A stretch of DNA of 29,120 nt from the IMG/VR virus record IMGVR_UViG_3300046167_000780; one strand, 5' to 3'. The translations under genes and the position numbers were made by a program. Positions 26,066 to 29,120 of this stretch are shown here, one piece after another. Position 1 is the first letter of the stretch, and each line of letters starts with the position of its first letter. The notes under the pieces were generated by a model. The model made no database searches, was not told where the DNA came from, and worked only from the letters and a program-made list of their open reading frames with translations. The stretch is from an uncultured virus (IMG/VR IMGVR_UViG_3300046167_000780). Taxonomy: Duplodnaviria > Heunggongvirae > Uroviricota > Caudoviricetes > Demerecviridae.

Positions 26066-26085
26066 AAAGGGTCTTAAAAACCCTT
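26043..26085. terminator. Tandem hairpins; the first is followed by T7 on +
   Basis: TTCGG-CCAAA-CCGAA-ATTTTTTT and AAGGGT-CTTAAAA-ACCCTT. Confidence 0.5.
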
Positions 26086-26091
26086 ACTTCT

Positions 26092-26238
26092 TTACAACAA
26101 TTTATGTCTAATTCTTTCAAATAGGGTATAGAATGGATAAATTATCACGCCTACAGTACAGATTGCTACTAGTGTTAGAACCATACTAGCTAAACCGTAG
26201 CCCAACCATACTGCTATAGTCGGTAGTATTTCAATCAC
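26092..26238 (-). CDS. 48-aa membrane protein
   Basis: GTG start after GGGG; long hydrophobic stretch. Confidence 0.65.
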   Translation of the reverse strand: MIEILPTIAVWLGYGLASMVLTLVAICTVGVIIYPFYTLFERIRHKLL

Positions 26239-26464
26239 GTTGTGACCCCGCCACCGCTTTTTGCCAAGCAATGGTGAACTGCTCTTCTGCCCTAGCATTT
26301 TTAAAATTAATACGATTGTGATAGGGATCGAGATTACACTCAATATCTTCTAGCTCACAAATCGCAGCAGCTCTCCCAAACGACGGGGTCGAAGTAAATT
26401 GAGTACTCGGCCCATAATACTGCTTATCTTCCATCTCTTCTTCATAGTATCCACCGCACATCAT
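26231..26464 (-). CDS. Hypothetical protein
   Basis: ATGA overlap with the upstream gene; GGAGG RBS. Confidence 0.7.
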   Translation of the reverse strand: MMCGGYYEEEMEDKQYYGPSTQFTSTPSFGRAAAICELEDIECNLDPYHNRINFKNARAEEQFTIAWQKAVAGSQRD

Positions 26465-26814
26465 AGACCTCCTGGGTACTCGCTGTTCTCGAAACTTGCT
26501 GTTAACCCCGCCACTGCTTTTTCCAAGTTTCGTAACGCTGTCTTGGGACTTTTCTCCAAGCCAGCCAGAGACGCAACTTCAATTCCAAGATCCTCACAGA
26601 TATTGTTAACGATTTCCACTTTTGTGACAGGACTTTCACCAGTCTTTGATACATACACTTCTCTCCTGTATACGCCTTCTCTGCTGAGTTTACCAATTAT
26701 TGATTTTGTACTACGCCCTAGCTCTTCTGCTAGTTTATCTACTGTTTCTCGTGTTGGGTCTAAAATATACGCTGAAATCATTGCTTCAGTTTGCTGTTCA
26801 GTATAGTTCGACAT
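26461..26814 (-). CDS. A2/D3-like HTH DNA-binding protein, paralog 1
   Basis: MSNYTEQQT...PTRETVDKLAEELGRSTKSIIGKLSREGVY; GAGGA RBS. Confidence 0.8.
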   Translation of the reverse strand: MSNYTEQQTEAMISAYILDPTRETVDKLAEELGRSTKSIIGKLSREGVYRREVYVSKTGESPVTKVEIVNNICEDLGIEVASLAGLEKSPKTALRNLEKAVAGLTASFENSEYPGGL

Positions 26815-26986
26815 TCTTGTGTTTCCTCTTACGGTTGTATTTAGTTTTATCTTGGTGTACGGAGGGACGATTGAAATTGTACTTCGCCACGGGGTTGGCA
26901 GCGAGTCTCTCACACTGCCCGCTACAGTACCATACATCTAGTACTGCAGTAAACTCTTTCCCGCACTTTCTACACTTCCGTTTCAT
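26798..26986 (-). CDS. CxxC...CxxxC zinc finger fused to a basic NPVAK...YNRKRKHK tail
   Basis: MKRKCRKCGKEF...YCSGQC then NPVAKYNFNRPSVHQDKTKYNRKRKHK. Confidence 0.7.
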   Translation of the reverse strand: MKRKCRKCGKEFTAVLDVWYCSGQCERLAANPVAKYNFNRPSVHQDKTKYNRKRKHKNVELY

Positions 26987-27275
26987 CTTCCTCGCTCCAA
27001 GGGGTGAATACTATATCTCCTGAGTCCACATTGATACCAATACCAGATGAGTACTCTAAATAACCTACTTCTACATTATCAATACTGCCTAAAGCATGAG
27101 CATAGCGACGTAAATAGATATTATACTCTGCTTCTAGTGCAGCAGCTTTCTCTTCTATTTTGTCTACAAGTGCAAACGCTCTGTTTAAATTATCATACAC
27201 TTCATCAAGCTCTGCCTTCCTTTCGTCAAGCTGAGTTTGAAGTGACTTATCTTCTGGAAATTTCAAAACTTTCAT
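26970..27275 (-). CDS. Coiled-coil hypothetical protein
   Basis: GGGAG RBS after a promoter; heptad-rich sequence. Confidence 0.78.
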   Translation of the reverse strand: MKVLKFPEDKSLQTQLDERKAELDEVYDNLNRAFALVDKIEEKAAALEAEYNIYLRRYAHALGSIDNVEVGYLEYSSGIGINVDSGDIVFTPWSEEDETEV

Positions 27276-27298
27276 ACATTTCTCCCAATTAAGTTATA

Positions 27299-27327
27299 AT
27301 TATACTGGTTCTGAAGAAAAATGTCAA
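27299..27327 (-). promoter_or_regulatory. Sigma70-type promoter
   Basis: TTGACA, 17 nt, TATAAT. Confidence 0.85.
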
Positions 27328-27352
27328 GGTATTTTTTAGGTGAGGTAGGCAT

Positions 27353-27375
27353 AAAAAAGCCCGTATGAAACGGGC
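27353..27375 (-). terminator. Intrinsic terminator
   Basis: GCCCGT-TTCAT-ACGGGC followed by TTTTTT. Confidence 0.88.
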
Positions 27376-27600
27376 AACGGACTTGCTATGTCGAATAAGT
27401 GTGGAAGCCCCAACCATGCTCTACCCACTGTCCACCAAGTGATCTGTTTCCGAGCCAATCACCAAAACGCACGCCTACATCATATCGCTACTAGGAAGCG
27501 CCTACGCTAATAACACCGGATAGTAGGCTCGGCGACGAGGGTAGTCAGCAACGGCTGGAGCAAATCGGCTCATGTTGCTACCGCTATACCTCGATTTGAA
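27353..27600 (-). ncRNA. Candidate ~245-nt stand-alone structured ncRNA, family unrecognised
   Basis: Own promoter and terminator, no convincing ORF, a long G-U-rich helix (27561-27528 with 27439-27407) enclosing three hairpins. Confidence 0.72.
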
Positions 27601-27605
27601 TAGAT

Positions 27606-27635
27606 ATTATACTCGCTGAGAGCATCAAAAGTCAA
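27606..27635 (-). promoter_or_regulatory. Sigma70-type promoter driving the candidate ncRNA
   Basis: TTGACT, 18 nt, TATAAT, upstream A-tract. Confidence 0.8.
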
Positions 27636-27820
27636 GAATTATTTTTCGCAACTTCTGAAATAGTTTCCCAGCGTTTGTGTCCAGTAGCATAGCTATTGTA
27701 CTCAATAACCAACGCATCCGCATTCATGTGCAGTACTGGTCTAGGTTCTACTTGTGCTCTGCTAAAGTGCAGAGAGATACGATTAGATATCGTCTTCGGG
27801 TCGTCTCGTAGGGCATACAT
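27632..27820 (-). CDS. Hypothetical protein
   Basis: GGAGGAG upstream; stop codon lies inside the next -35 box. Confidence 0.62.
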   Translation of the reverse strand: MYALRDDPKTISNRISLHFSRAQVEPRPVLHMNADALVIEYNSYATGHKRWETISEVAKNNS

Positions 27821-27992
27821 AAATGTCTTTCTCCTCCCAGGTTATGTCAAATCCTTTACCGTGTACAGGCATTCTCGCAAATACACGTCCACCTTGTGTA
27901 GCTTCCATCACTACATCGCATTTAGCCCACTCAGGGTTTTCCCACAAAAATACATCAAGGTGATGTCTTAGGCTGTCTACTGATATTCTCAC
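27783..27992 (-). CDS. Hypothetical protein
   Basis: GTGA overlap with the upstream gene. Confidence 0.65.
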   Translation of the reverse strand: MRISVDSLRHHLDVFLWENPEWAKCDVVMEATQGGRVFARMPVHGKGFDITWEEKDIYVCPTRRPEDDI

Positions 27993-28171
27993 CAGATTAA
28001 CCCCTCGTCTTGCATATCAAATAGTATACGTTGCACTTGAAGCTCATCAAATGCCCACTGGTACTCTAGCTCTTCACGAATGCCACCAACAAACACCGTG
28101 TTTTGGCCTGTCGCGAGAGTAGAGGTGTGACGGTCAACGACCGCCATCATTTCGTATAGTGATAACAACAT
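27989..28171 (-). CDS. Hypothetical protein, possible small winged helix
   Basis: TAATG coupling; C-terminal VQRILFDMQDEGLI resembles a wHTH end. Confidence 0.65.
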   Translation of the reverse strand: MLLSLYEMMAVVDRHTSTLATGQNTVFVGGIREELEYQWAFDELQVQRILFDMQDEGLIW

Positions 28172-28494
28172 TAACCTACCAACGCTTCGATCATGAACTG
28201 AAGGTCTACTTTAGTCATTTTGTTGAGCGAAGGTAGCTCACGACCGATTGCATTTTGTACCTTTGCAACCAGCTCTGCCTTCATGATGACAGGCTCGCCA
28301 CGCTTAGTTACACGCTCTGTCTTCTGGTATACACCAAGTGCAGAAAGCTTTGCAATGATAGAGCGAGGTGTCTTGTTGAGTCGCTCAGCCAGGGCGTCTA
28401 CAGTTTCGCGTGTAGGCTCGACGGCGTACTCGTCAGTTAAAATAGTGATGTCTGCGTCTGAGTAGTTAGCAGATGATTTTGCAGTTACGTCCAT
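28171..28494 (-). CDS. A2/D3-like HTH DNA-binding protein, paralog 2
   Basis: NYSDAD...PTRETVDALAERLNKTPRSIIAKLSALGVY; GGGAG RBS; start at 28494. Confidence 0.8.
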   Translation of the reverse strand: MDVTAKSSANYSDADITILTDEYAVEPTRETVDALAERLNKTPRSIIAKLSALGVYQKTERVTKRGEPVIMKAELVAKVQNAIGRELPSLNKMTKVDLQFMIEALVG

Positions 28495-28540
28495 AATTTT
28501 TCTCCCGAAAATTTGTTTAGTGTTCCAATTCAATATAGAT

Positions 28541-28569
28541 ATTATACTACCGAGGGGCAATAAAGTCAA
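28541..28569 (-). promoter_or_regulatory. Sigma70-type promoter
   Basis: TTGACT, 17 nt, TATAAT. Confidence 0.85.
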
Positions 28570-28580
28570 GAAGTTTTTCA

Positions 28581-28907
28581 TCATTCTGCCCAAAAAATTT
28601 CTTCTTCGTCACCAGCGTCTGCCGCCATTTCCATTACAGCTTCGCACTCTGCATCGCTGTGGCATACAACGAACTCCTCTGAGCGTAGATCAAAAGCAAT
28701 TTGGTACACGGCTTTAGGGTCTGGAGATACTTCGAACCAGAACTCGTCACCGTAGTATGCGTCAAACAGCTCTTCCAGCGTGAGATCTGCATCTTCTGCT
28801 TCACAGTTTTCGCGTGTGTCAGCAATAAAGTTGTGCCACTCAAGAGCATTGTACATCTTGCACTGCTGGTCTGCGATGTCAAAGGTAACGGCGATAATCT
28901 GGTTCAT
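28581..28907 (-). CDS. Very acidic hypothetical protein
   Basis: GAGGAG RBS; start MNQIIAV at 28907; D/E-rich. Confidence 0.78.
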   Translation of the reverse strand: MNQIIAVTFDIADQQCKMYNALEWHNFIADTRENCEAEDADLTLEELFDAYYGDEFWFEVSPDPKAVYQIAFDLRSEEFVVCHSDAECEAVMEMAADAGDEEEIFWAE

Positions 28908-28935
28908 TTTTTGTCTCCTCTCATTCAATGTAAAC

Positions 28936-28964
28936 ATTATACTACCACGGGCAACTCAAGTCAA
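28936..28964 (-). promoter_or_regulatory. Sigma70-type promoter
   Basis: TTGACT, 17 nt, TATAAT. Confidence 0.85.
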
Positions 28965-29120
28965 GAACTATTTTTCCGAATTGGTCATAAAGCCAACGCA
29001 CCCGAATTCCGGGGGGCGGGTCGCGAATTTTTGCTGTCAAGAAATATTTGCCCAAATTTTCCAAAAATATTTACAATCGTCGCGGGGTAGCCTCGGTTTG
29101 CCACAATTAGCCATAATTAT

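Noticed and set aside
25937..26077. 46-codon + strand ORF (MVSITTNQ...) in the hairpin island
   Set aside because: It has no RBS, its start is buried in a hairpin, and it runs through the terminator-like stem.
27502..27573. 23-codon ORF MSRFAPAVADYPRRRAYYPVLLA inside the candidate ncRNA, considered as a peptide gene or tmRNA tag
   Set aside because: The nearest SD-like GAGGT is about 15 nt from the ATG, the ORF lies largely in the long helix, and there are no tmRNA acceptor ends (GGGG...CCA) or ANDxxYALAA-type tag. It is not excluded without Ribo-seq.
1..29120. tRNA genes, inteins/introns in pol, helicase or nrdA, and stop-codon reassignment
   Set aside because: No cloverleaf with a GTTCRA T-arm was seen in the intergenic gaps, core proteins have normal lengths without intein motifs, and all three stop codons end genes normally. 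A tRNAscan-SE run would confirm the first point.

Overview
A 29 kb piece of a T5-like (Demerecviridae-type) lytic phage genome. Its gene content suggests an aquatic or marine phage with a proteobacterial host (inference). Positions 1-19.4 kb on the minus strand carry the T5-type replication module: D2, D3, PC4-like protein, split NAD-dependent ligase, D5, D6 helicase, primase, family-A polymerase, phoH, D10-D15, then nrdA, which is truncated by the window edge and carries a 1-nt frameshift. The 19.4-29.1 kb accessory region contains thyX, a pyrimidine-dimer glycosylase-like gene, peroxiredoxin, alternative oxidase, T4-type lysozyme, ribosomal protein bS21, a MazG-like pyrophosphatase, IscU, A2/D3-like HTH paralogs and many small proteins. 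A secreted cytochrome c sits inside the replication module. Twelve near-consensus sigma70 promoters share an A-tract upstream of TTGAC, and several appear to make leaderless mRNAs. The most notable unexplained elements are two promoter-to-terminator units with no convincing ORF that fold into extensive strand-specific RNA structure, about 25760-26065 (+) and about 27353-27600 (-). These are candidate uncharacterised phage ncRNAs. All assignments come from reading motifs by eye; no database searches or folding programs were run.
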